Shown: piece after piece, positions 6,574 to 12,975 of the stretch
Layout of the letters: the number at the start of each line of letters is the position of its first letter
Position numbering within the stretch: the first letter of the stretch is position 1
Origin: a virus
DNA: 35,853 nt
Virus record (IMG/VR): IMGVR_UViG_3300002461_000243
Location: 1-35,853 of that record
Reading direction: 5' to 3' (one strand)
The notes under the pieces: generated by a model
What the model was told of the DNA's origin: nothing
Databases searched by the model: none
What the model saw: the letters and a program-made list of their open reading frames with translations, nothing else
Translations under genes and position numbers: made by a program

Positions 6574-6911
6574 AAACAACTACTTTAAAAGAACTTATTG
6601 CAAAAGCCAAAGCGGGCGAAAAGTTTAATGCAAAAGGCTATTATGATGACACTTATGAAGTTAATCAAAATCATGACTACTTTAGCGAAGTAAGCTCATG
6701 GTATTATAAAAGCGTTTTGGCTCGCTGGACTTACGAAGAAATCAGAGAGCCTTTGAAAATTGAAATTGATACTTATTGGGTAATGGCAAGTGACGGCTAT
6801 GTTAGACCTATTGGAGATCAAGCGGACGTTCTGCAAAAGCAAGGCGTTATCGGCAAAAAATTTAAAATGGTTTTAACTGAGATAAAAAGCGAGGGGTCGG
6901 ATGGAAATTAA
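6570..6911 (+). CDS. Hypothetical protein (113 aa), paralog of 6274..6573
   Basis: ATGA coupling. Both genes start with ATGAAAACAACT. Confidence 0.75.
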   Translation: MKTTTLKELIAKAKAGEKFNAKGYYDDTYEVNQNHDYFSEVSSWYYKSVLARWTYEEIREPLKIEIDTYWVMASDGYVRPIGDQADVLQKQGVIGKKFKMVLTEIKSEGSDGN

Positions 6912-7176
6912 GACTGCAAAAAAGATTAACTGCAAGTATGTAAGGCTCCACGCCAAAATCAGAGACGACGGAACTTACGTTTTTTTGGATGAAAACAAAA
7001 AAGAAATCTTTGAAAAAGAAGGCTATGTCCCAGGCTTTTTTCCTTATGGCGAGGATGGAAAGGGCAGTCATTATGGCGACTATTTAGACCTCTGGATTGA
7101 TATTGATACTGGTCAGATGGTTAATTGGAAAAAGAACATCAAGCCCGAAGAAATAGAGGCCCAAGATGGCGAATAA
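6901..7176 (+). CDS. Hypothetical protein (91 aa)
   Basis: ORF with a GAGGGG RBS upstream. Confidence 0.7.
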   Translation: MEIKTAKKINCKYVRLHAKIRDDGTYVFLDENKKEIFEKEGYVPGFFPYGEDGKGSHYGDYLDLWIDIDTGQMVNWKKNIKPEEIEAQDGE

Positions 7177-7534
7177 GGAAATAGCCAACATCCCCTTAAT
7201 CTGGCATATTTCTTGTGTTGGAGACATTGCGGATGGCTCAGATAGGTTCGTTGTTGCTGGTCCTTGGCAACCAACCGAAGAACTAAAGCCTATTCGTGTG
7301 ATTGAATACTCTGCTTTTAAATCCCTCCAGCAAGAAAACCAGCGCCTCAAAGAGAGGCTTGAGGACGCGGTTGAGACGATAATAAAAATGCAAAACAAGG
7401 TAAAACCTTGGATGAGCCCGCATAGCTTAATGGGTCAGGAAATTACAGAGTCTTACAATTTAGGCGCAAGTTTCTTGTCGAAAAATCCAAACGAATTTAA
7501 CGCCTATTTAGAAAAGTATGGGGTGACGAAGTGA
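7166..7534 (+). CDS. Hypothetical protein (122 aa), C-terminus ...EKYGVTK encoded by linker copy A
   Basis: ORF whose 3' end is formed by the conserved boundary element. Confidence 0.7.
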   Translation: MANKEIANIPLIWHISCVGDIADGSDRFVVAGPWQPTEELKPIRVIEYSAFKSLQQENQRLKERLEDAVETIIKMQNKVKPWMSPHSLMGQEITESYNLGASFLSKNPNEFNAYLEKYGVTK

Positions 7535-7537
7535 AAT
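7512..7537 (+). repeat. Conserved gene-boundary element, copy A (AAAAGTATGGGGTGACGAAGTGAAAT)
   Basis: Matches copy C (8349-8374) at 25 of 26 positions. It contains GGGGTGA (SD-like) and a GTGA stop/start overlap. Confidence 0.85.
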
Positions 7538-7737
7538 CATGGCTTAGATTTTTTCTTCAATGGACTTGCAAGCACGAGATCATTACAACAAAGTCTCGGG
7601 CTCATTGGCAATGCAATCATGAAAACCAAATAAAAGTAGTGTGCAAAATTTGTGGAAAATCCTGGTATGAGCTAGGGAGGAACATCGCTTTAAAATGGTC
7701 TCGGGAAAAATCTTGCTATTGTGAATATGAAAAATAG
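7531..7737 (+). CDS. Small Cys-motif protein (68 aa; CKHE..CNHE..CKICGK), GTG start
   Basis: ORF that starts at the GTG of linker copy A. It has a zinc-ribbon-like Cys pattern. Confidence 0.65.
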   Translation: MKSWLRFFLQWTCKHEIITTKSRAHWQCNHENQIKVVCKICGKSWYELGRNIALKWSREKSCYCEYEK

Positions 7738-7759
7738 AAAGCATGGGGTGAAGTGATGA
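7738..7759 (+). repeat. Conserved gene-boundary element, copy B (AAAGCATGGGGTGAAGTGATGA)
   Basis: Identical over 22 nt to copy D (8946-8967). Here it lies after the TAG at 7735-7737 and so is non-coding. Confidence 0.85.
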
Positions 7760-8226
7760 AAGACAGAAGAGATTTAAAGCCAGATGCGCAAGCTTGCGAC
7801 AAGATCATTATTGAAACAGTTCCAAGATTCAAAGAAAGTGAAATGTCGGGCGATGAATGGCGCATTTCTGCAAGAATACAGTTTTGGCGTAAGGGTGTTT
7901 TAATAAAAGAGGAATACGCATCTAATATCGAATATGCAGTTAGGCTTTTAGATCACAAGTTTATCCAATTTGCAGAGGGTGGCGGAGCTTATTATGCTGG
8001 CGAAAATGATATTTGTGACCAAGAGGGTTGCGATCAACTGGCTCAAGTTATTGCCAAGAAAAAATTTGATTACTGCCGAGAGGGTCATAAATCCGAAAGC
8101 CCTTCAAGCGCCTATCGAATGTTTTGCAAAAAGCATAAGAACAGAGGCGATTGCGGCTTGGATGATTCAAACCAAAATTATGAATTTGTAAATTACATAG
8201 GACAGCAAAGTGAAAAAAATCCATAA
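7753..8226 (+). CDS. Hypothetical Cys-rich protein (157 aa)
   Basis: ORF that starts at the GTG (7753) or ATG (7756) inside linker copy B. It contains CDQEGCDQ and CKKHKNRGDCG. Confidence 0.7.
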   Translation: MMKDRRDLKPDAQACDKIIIETVPRFKESEMSGDEWRISARIQFWRKGVLIKEEYASNIEYAVRLLDHKFIQFAEGGGAYYAGENDICDQEGCDQLAQVIAKKKFDYCREGHKSESPSSAYRMFCKKHKNRGDCGLDDSNQNYEFVNYIGQQSEKNP

Positions 8227-8227
8227 G

Positions 8228-8371
8228 ATGAGCCGCATGTACTCTGCATTTTTTGGCTGGGTAGTTAGGCCAATATGCAAAGTTGACAACCGAGGCTCTT
8301 ACAAAGGCTCAACTCGATGGGATACTGTTACTTGCGTTAATTGTTTAAAAAAGCATGGGGTGACGAAGTGA
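8228..8371 (+). CDS. Small Cys-motif protein, 47 aa, absent from the ORF track
   Basis: Hand translation gives MSRMYSAFFGWVVRPICKVDNRGSYKGSTRWDTVTCVNCLKKHGVTK*. It ends in linker copy C with a GTGA overlap and shares VTCxNCLK with 1365..1538. Confidence 0.55.
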   Translation: MSRMYSAFFGWVVRPICKVDNRGSYKGSTRWDTVTCVNCLKKHGVTK

Positions 8372-8374
8372 AAT
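8349..8374 (+). repeat. Conserved gene-boundary element, copy C (AAAAGCATGGGGTGACGAAGTGAAAT)
   Basis: Read directly; see copy A. Confidence 0.85.
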
Positions 8375-8964
8375 TTCAAATTAAAAACAGATATTCTGGT
8401 GAATTGATAATTGAGGTTGAGGCAGAAAATTGGAGATTTGCGGTTGAGTTGGCAATAAAACAAAAAGCGAACCTTAGTTCTGCGAACCTTAGTTCTGCGA
8501 ACCTTCGCTCTGCGGACCTTAGTTCTGCGAACCTTCGCTCTGCGGACCTTAGCTATGCGAACCTTAGCTATGCGGACCTTAGCTATGCGAACCTTAGCTC
8601 TGCGGACCTTAGCTATGCGAACCTTCGCTCTGCGAACCTTCGCTCTGCGAACCTTAGCTCTGCGAACCTTCGCTCTGCGAACCTTAGCTCTGCGAACCTT
8701 AGCTATGCGAACCTTAGCTATGCGGACCTTTTAAATACTAAAGGAATGAAATATCTTCCAATTCAAATAGTAAATATGAAATATTTTGCCACAATTTTTG
8801 ACGATTATGTCCAATGGGGATGTCGTAAATTTACTTTTGACCAATTGAAATCTCTTGAGTTTAAAGATTTAAAAACACAGTGGGATGAACCGGAGTTTAA
8901 GCTAAACAAAAAAATCTTGACGGAATCTATTAGGTATTATCGAGAAAAGCATGGGGTGAAGTGA
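8368..8964 (+). CDS. Pentapeptide-repeat protein (about 198 aa from the GTG at 8368)
   Basis: Contains 18 consecutive A(N/D)L(S/R)(S/Y) pentapeptides followed by a unique C-terminal domain of about 75 aa. I prefer the GTG at 8368 in linker copy C to the TTG at 8341. Confidence 0.8.
   Translation: MKFQIKNRYSGELIIEVEAENWRFAVELAIKQKANLSSANLSSANLRSADLSSANLRSADLSYANLSYADLSYANLSSADLSYANLRSANLRSANLSSANLRSANLSSANLSYANLSYADLLNTKGMKYLPIQIVNMKYFATIFDDYVQWGCRKFTFDQLKSLEFKDLKTQWDEPEFKLNKKILTESIRYYREKHGVK
8467..8736 (+). repeat. 18 tandem, near-identical 15-bp units (GCGAACCTTAGYTMT type)
   Basis: Read directly. The units differ only at a few positions (A/G giving N/D; agt tct, cgc tct, agc tat or agc tct). 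They are in frame with the CDS. Confidence 0.9.
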
Positions 8965-8967
8965 TGA
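8946..8967 (+). repeat. Conserved gene-boundary element, copy D (AAAGCATGGGGTGAAGTGATGA)
   Basis: Read directly. It encodes ...KHGVK* of the pentapeptide-repeat gene and the start of the next gene. Confidence 0.85.
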
Positions 8968-9197
8968 CAGTTAGTGAACTAATCAAGTTTTTACAAAAGC
9001 AGCCTCAAGACTTAATGGTTTTTGCGCATTATGACGGCGATGCTCGGACGATAATTGATTGCGCATACATAAAGGAAGTTGATTATTATAGCGAAGAAAA
9101 AGGTTACTCAGTTTTAAAAATGGGCCTTGTATTGGCTGAAAAAAAAGATTGTTACAATGGCGAAACAATAATTGAGGAAACTAATGGACCTTCCTAG
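8961..9197 (+). CDS. Hypothetical protein (78 aa)
   Basis: ORF that starts at the GTG (8961) or ATG (8964) in linker copy D. Confidence 0.7.
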   Translation: MMTVSELIKFLQKQPQDLMVFAHYDGDARTIIDCAYIKEVDYYSEEKGYSVLKMGLVLAEKKDCYNGETIIEETNGPS

Positions 9198-9235
9198 CGG
9201 CAAAACAAAGGCATAACTTTTTTAAAAAGGGAAAA

Positions 9236-9481
9236 ATGATTAATCTGCCAGCAATTAAACTTTACGTCGAAAAGCATTATTTAACAAACGGAGTCGAAGC
9301 TGGCTTGGTCGAAGCCTATTTAATGGGCGCAGATTGCAGAAACGGTGAAGCAATCCGCTGGACGGTTTACTTAGCAAGTGGCGCAGTTTGGTCGGGACTG
9401 CCTTGTGAGGCTTTGTGGTTTTACGAAGAAAAAGAGGCATGGCTAGACAATGAGGTTTTGCAGCCATATACCTGCCTCTAA
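9236..9481 (+). CDS. Hypothetical protein (81 aa as written); possibly the 5' part of a longer frame-disrupted gene
   Basis: ORF with an AAAGGG RBS. Protein-like coding signal continues downstream in other frames; see the finding for 9236-9763. Confidence 0.6.
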   Translation: MINLPAIKLYVEKHYLTNGVEAGLVEAYLMGADCRNGEAIRWTVYLASGAVWSGLPCEALWFYEEKEAWLDNEVLQPYTCL

Positions 9482-9763
9482 GGCCCAGCTTCAATTATTG
9501 AGTACGACCTCTTAAAAGACGCCACAGTCGACGTTCAGGGCCTTGGGTCTGGACAGTACCTATTTACGATCAACTATCAAGGGAGGGGCCTTGCCAGCGA
9601 TCCAGAACAGCACAAAACTCATAACATCATTGCGCTTAGTTCAGGTCAAATTTGCGCAATGCCGAACAATTTTATCAAAGTTCAAGAAACCTGGTTTAAA
9701 TCTGATAAAGAATCGACCCAAAAATATAAAAGGCCGAGCACACGCTATTACGCAGGTGGATAG
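9482..9763 (+). other. Coding-like sequence without a usable start codon (frame 0 at 9483-9539, then frame 2 to the TAG at 9761-9763)
   Basis: Hand translation gives GPASIIEYDLLKDATVDVQ, then GLGSGQYLFTINYQGRGLASDPEQHKTHNIIALSSGQICAMPNNFIKVQETWFKSDKESTQKYKRPSTRYYAGG*. Frame 2 has no ATG, GTG or TTG before the Met at 9659. Confidence 0.4.
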
Positions 9764-9847
9764 CATTGACCTTATGGTTTTTTTGACAGTAGCGTTTGTC
9801 TTTGGCATCTTTGCAGGCAACCTACTCACAATTAAACTTTTGAGGCT

Positions 9848-10114
9848 TTGATGACCGGCAAACAAAAAATGGAAATCTTTATTAAATCTTGGAGAGAAGG
9901 CTGGTCTCGGCCTATTTGCCTTCGCCACTCTCGAATGACTGCCACTGACCTAAATATCATGCTGCAAAAACCGGAATACGAAAACCTGGGCATTGAGATT
10001 TACAAAAGAGGCATTAGCAAACAGGTAAAGACTTCGATATATAAAAAAGACAAGACGTTTCATCCGCTTATGGAAAAATATTTATCCGTTGACATAAAGA
10101 TAAACAATAAATAA
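9848..10114 (+). CDS. Hypothetical protein (88 aa)
   Basis: Intact ORF with an ATG start. Confidence 0.65.
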   Translation: MMTGKQKMEIFIKSWREGWSRPICLRHSRMTATDLNIMLQKPEYENLGIEIYKRGISKQVKTSIYKKDKTFHPLMEKYLSVDIKINNK

Positions 10115-10117
10115 ACA

Positions 10118-10144
10118 GGTCTCTCTTAACAAGAGAGGACTTTT
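10118..10144 (+). terminator. Hairpin plus a short T tract (possible attenuator) overlapping the RBS of the exonuclease gene
   Basis: GTCTCTCTT-aac-AAGAGAgGAC followed by TTTT and then the ATG at 10145. The stem contains one bulge and the T tract is only 4 nt. Confidence 0.35.
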
Positions 10145-11041
10145 ATGCATGGGTTTGGACCTGTTCCTGACAGAGAAAATAAGATTGTTTGTTCGCCTTC
10201 GGCTTTAATTAAATTTATTGAATGCCCTTCGATTTACGAATGGGAATACATTAAAAAGCGAAAGAAAACGACTGCCGCAATGGAGCTAGGCACTGCTATT
10301 CATGAGGCTATCTTAGAGCCCGAGTTATTTGCTTCAAAATACACTTTCCACCCGAGCAACATCCCTGATTATTCTGCTGAAGAACTAAAGGCTATGGCAA
10401 AAGAATTAGGTCTAAAGACCAACGGCACAAAAGCAGATCTTGCTAAAAGCATTAAAGAAGTGCAGCCAGAATTCGATTGTCAGTCGCTTTTTGACCCGCA
10501 AGGGAAAATTGTTTTGACTGAAGAAAAGTCTTTAATGATCCAAACTATTGTCGAAAACGTCAAAAAGACCCTTATGTTTTCTAAGATTATTTGGCCCGCT
10601 GAAAAAGAGGCGCTTTGCTACTTTACCCATGAGACCGGCGTCACTGTTAGTTTTAAAACCGATGCTTATCTTGTAAACGATAAAATCGGAATCGTCTTAG
10701 ATGTTAAAACCGCAGCCGATGGAAGCATTAGAAAGTTTGAGCGGGACCATTACGACACAGGCCGGGACATTCAAGCTGCGCTTTACTTGGAAGGAATGAG
10801 CCAAGTCTTAGGACGACCAGTAGAAAACTTTTGTTGGCTTGTGGCTGAAACTACGGCTCCTTACAGAGTTTTTGAAGTCGCTCCAGATAGCGGAATGCTG
10901 GACTTTGGCAAAAGCCGGGCAAAAAAAGCTTTACTTGAGTTTAAAGAGCGTTTTGAGGCAAAAGATTGGTCTCAAAGACAAAAAGGAATTATTCAAACTT
11001 CAATGCCAGCATGGGCTTGGGAAAAAGAGGACATTTTATGA
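10145..11041 (+). CDS. PD-(D/E)XK (RecE/Cas4-like) exonuclease with an inserted SAP-like motif (298 aa)
   Basis: Motifs: SPSALIKFIECPSIYEWEY, D...VLDVKT (D-x(n)-D/E-x-K) and QAALY (QhxxY). The segment ELKAMAKELGLKTNGTKADLAKSI matches the SAP helix-extended loop-helix pattern. Confidence 0.65.
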   Translation: MHGFGPVPDRENKIVCSPSALIKFIECPSIYEWEYIKKRKKTTAAMELGTAIHEAILEPELFASKYTFHPSNIPDYSAEELKAMAKELGLKTNGTKADLAKSIKEVQPEFDCQSLFDPQGKIVLTEEKSLMIQTIVENVKKTLMFSKIIWPAEKEALCYFTHETGVTVSFKTDAYLVNDKIGIVLDVKTAADGSIRKFERDHYDTGRDIQAALYLEGMSQVLGRPVENFCWLVAETTAPYRVFEVAPDSGMLDFGKSRAKKALLEFKERFEAKDWSQRQKGIIQTSMPAWAWEKEDIL

Positions 11042-11349
11042 GTGAAGTCTGGCTAGGCCATAAGCAGCATTTTGTTTGTGCAAAAGATTGTTTCTTTGCG
11101 CTAGCAACGTATTTGCCAGAAAAACACGTTATTGTTTCAACGATTGGCGAATATTATTACAACAACGAAAAACAAGATATTGGCTTTGGAAGGCACTACG
11201 AAACAATGGTATTTAAAACTTCAGAGAACATTTTAAAATGCGGCTGCCCTGAAATTTCTGATTATATAGAAATTGATTTGCAAGGTTATAACACCGCACA
11301 AGAAGCGCAAAACGGACACATGGAGATGATAAAAAAATGGAAGTTGTAA
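11038..11349 (+). CDS. Hypothetical protein (103 aa)
   Basis: I prefer the ATG at 11038 (ATGA overlap with the exonuclease stop) to the track start at 10966. Confidence 0.65.
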   Translation: MSEVWLGHKQHFVCAKDCFFALATYLPEKHVIVSTIGEYYYNNEKQDIGFGRHYETMVFKTSENILKCGCPEISDYIEIDLQGYNTAQEAQNGHMEMIKKWKL

Positions 11350-12017
11350 CACCCGAAGAAATAGAAAAGATCACAAAAGAAGTTAAAGTCATGCAGTCCG
11401 ATATGGATTTAGACGTTAGCGGCGAAATACAGGCTGAAACGATCCAGCAGCTTGCTAAGGCGGTTAAATCCTACAGAGCCGCAGGACTTATCCCTCAGCA
11501 CTTAAAAACCGATGGCGAGGCTGTGGGGGCCATTCTTTTTGCAAAGCAACTGCAATTACCAGCTTTATCGGCCCTAGGACAGATTGCCTGCATCCACGGC
11601 AAGTTTTCGGTCTTTGGCTCGCTGTTTACGGCTTTAGCACAGCGTGATCCTGATTTTGGTTATGACGAAGTGTTTTACATTAACGAAGAAGGTAAAAAGA
11701 TTTGTTATGACAATGGGAACTTAAAAGACCCAGCCTGGGGATGTATCGTGCGCACCCAGCGAAAAGGCTCGCCGTTTGTTAATGAATATTCATTCACAAT
11801 GGATGAAGCCAAAAAAGCCAATTTAATCCGCAATGTTTGGAACACTTACCCGAAGGCCCTCTTGTTCGCAAAGGCTATTGCAAGGTCATATCGAGGCAAC
11901 TACTCGGCTGCGCTTAATGGGGTCCACTTGTATGACGATTTAAAATCAACCTGGGAACCTGAAGAAAAAGAAGTAGGCAATAACGCCGACACGCTTAAAA
12001 GCTTTTTGGAAGAATAA
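11337..12017 (+). CDS. RecT/Red-beta-like single-strand annealing protein (226 aa)
   Basis: The pattern AKQLQLPALSALGQIACIHGKFSVFG ... MDEAKKANL...VWNTYPKALLFAKAIARSYR fits the RecT-superfamily layout. The gene lies close to a PD-(D/E)XK exonuclease. Confidence 0.5.
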   Translation: MEVVTPEEIEKITKEVKVMQSDMDLDVSGEIQAETIQQLAKAVKSYRAAGLIPQHLKTDGEAVGAILFAKQLQLPALSALGQIACIHGKFSVFGSLFTALAQRDPDFGYDEVFYINEEGKKICYDNGNLKDPAWGCIVRTQRKGSPFVNEYSFTMDEAKKANLIRNVWNTYPKALLFAKAIARSYRGNYSAALNGVHLYDDLKSTWEPEEKEVGNNADTLKSFLEE

Positions 12018-12307
12018 TGCAAAAACCCCAGCGCACCAAAGATCGAAAGCTTTTGGATTCTTTTAAGAATTTAAGGTGCATTATCTGCGGAGCGCATGGC
12101 GCTGTTGGGCATCACATTCAAACAAAAGGGGCTTCAGGGCCTGACGAGCCATGGAATTTAATGCCTCTTTGCGGCTTAGATCATAACAGGGTCCACGCAA
12201 TGGGATTAACAAGCTTTACAGAAAAGTATTTACAGGCCAGGCTATGGCTGGAAAGTAACGGGTGGCAATATGACCAATTTAGAAAAAAGTGGCAGCACAA
12301 TGATTAA
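12017..12307 (+). CDS. HNH endonuclease (96 aa)
   Basis: Contains CIICG...GHHI...WNLMPLC..DHNRVH, an HNH/His-Me finger with Cys ligands. The start overlaps the upstream stop (TAATG). Confidence 0.7.
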   Translation: MQKPQRTKDRKLLDSFKNLRCIICGAHGAVGHHIQTKGASGPDEPWNLMPLCGLDHNRVHAMGLTSFTEKYLQARLWLESNGWQYDQFRKKWQHND

Positions 12308-12593
12308 AGTTACAACAAGAGACATCAAAGAATACGGAATGAACCTTTTTGGAGCTTTTGTGGAAACCGAAGCAATCCATTCAATGGAAACTGACAAGGT
12401 AACAATTAAGCTTGTTTTTAACAACACTGTCTATCAGCTTGAGGCCGATTTTAATGATTTTTTGACTGAGGCAGGATGCGCTAACGCATGGGGAACCCTT
12501 TTAATGCGCTGTCTTTTAAACCACGAAAAAGGCACCAAAACAATTCAGGGATCGGCTGAGGACATCCAAAAGATTATGGAAGGGAAAGGGTAA
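12300..12593 (+). CDS. Hypothetical protein (97 aa)
   Basis: The ATG at 12300 overlaps the end of the HNH gene. I prefer it to the track start at 12270. Confidence 0.6.
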   Translation: MIKVTTRDIKEYGMNLFGAFVETEAIHSMETDKVTIKLVFNNTVYQLEADFNDFLTEAGCANAWGTLLMRCLLNHEKGTKTIQGSAEDIQKIMEGKG

Positions 12594-12624
12594 TGATTTT
12601 AAAAATATGGAATAAGGGGGTTTT

Positions 12625-12975
12625 GTGGGTTTGATTGGTTGGATTTATTTAAGCGAAATCGTTGATTCGGTTTCTTTAATATCATTAATTTTATTTATAA
12701 TTTTATTATTTTTTTGCATTGTTGGCTACTGTGCAGCTTCAGACAATGATTTAAAAGATGAAGGGAAAAAATTACTAAAAAGATTTTCAGTGGGATGCTT
12801 TGTATCAATGTTTATTTTTGTAGTAACCCCATCTCAAAAAGCAGTTTACGCAATGATGGCCATAAGTTTTGGACAAAAGGCAATCGAATCAAAAGAGTTT
12901 CAAGTTTTGCATGAAAAGGCTTTCAGACTACTTGAAATTAAGATTGATGAGGTTTTAGAAGGCAAGGACAAGTAA
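12625..12975 (+). CDS. Membrane protein (116 aa), GTG start
   Basis: AAGGGGG RBS. Two to three hydrophobic segments, for example LISLILFIILLFFCIVGYCA and FSVGCFVSMFIFVV. Confidence 0.65.
   Translation: MGLIGWIYLSEIVDSVSLISLILFIILLFFCIVGYCAASDNDLKDEGKKLLKRFSVGCFVSMFIFVVTPSQKAVYAMMAISFGQKAIESKEFQVLHEKAFRLLEIKIDEVLEGKDK

Noticed and set aside
8467-8736. A regular 15-bp tandem array that could be mistaken for a CRISPR-like or minisatellite locus
   Set aside because: There are no unique spacers between units. The array is in frame and encodes canonical A(N/D)LXX pentapeptides within a CDS that has unique N- and C-terminal parts.
9543-9928. Tracked ORFs 9543..9851 (plus strand, TTG start) and 9641..9928 (minus strand) as the genes that fill the 9482-9847 gap
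   Set aside because: Both products are strongly basic and Phe/Arg/Lys-skewed and look off-frame. The frame-2 reading of the same DNA gives balanced, protein-like sequence. I therefore treat the region as a frame-disrupted gene, though this remains unproven.
12017-12307. The HNH endonuclease as a terminase-associated cos-cleavage factor
   Set aside because: It lies in the early arm next to the recombination genes, about 12 kb on the circular map from the terminase genes. An association with the packaging machinery is therefore not supported by position.
2211-12427. Alternate-frame or antisense ORFs in the early arm. Examples: 2211..2417, 3389..3571, 4540..4833, 6089..6292, 6862..7071, 7084..7398, 7970..8191, 8983..9168, 9255..9494, 10839..11045, 12242..12427
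   Set aside because: Each is embedded in a longer plus-strand gene that fits the coupled operon structure. None has an RBS or a recognisable motif.
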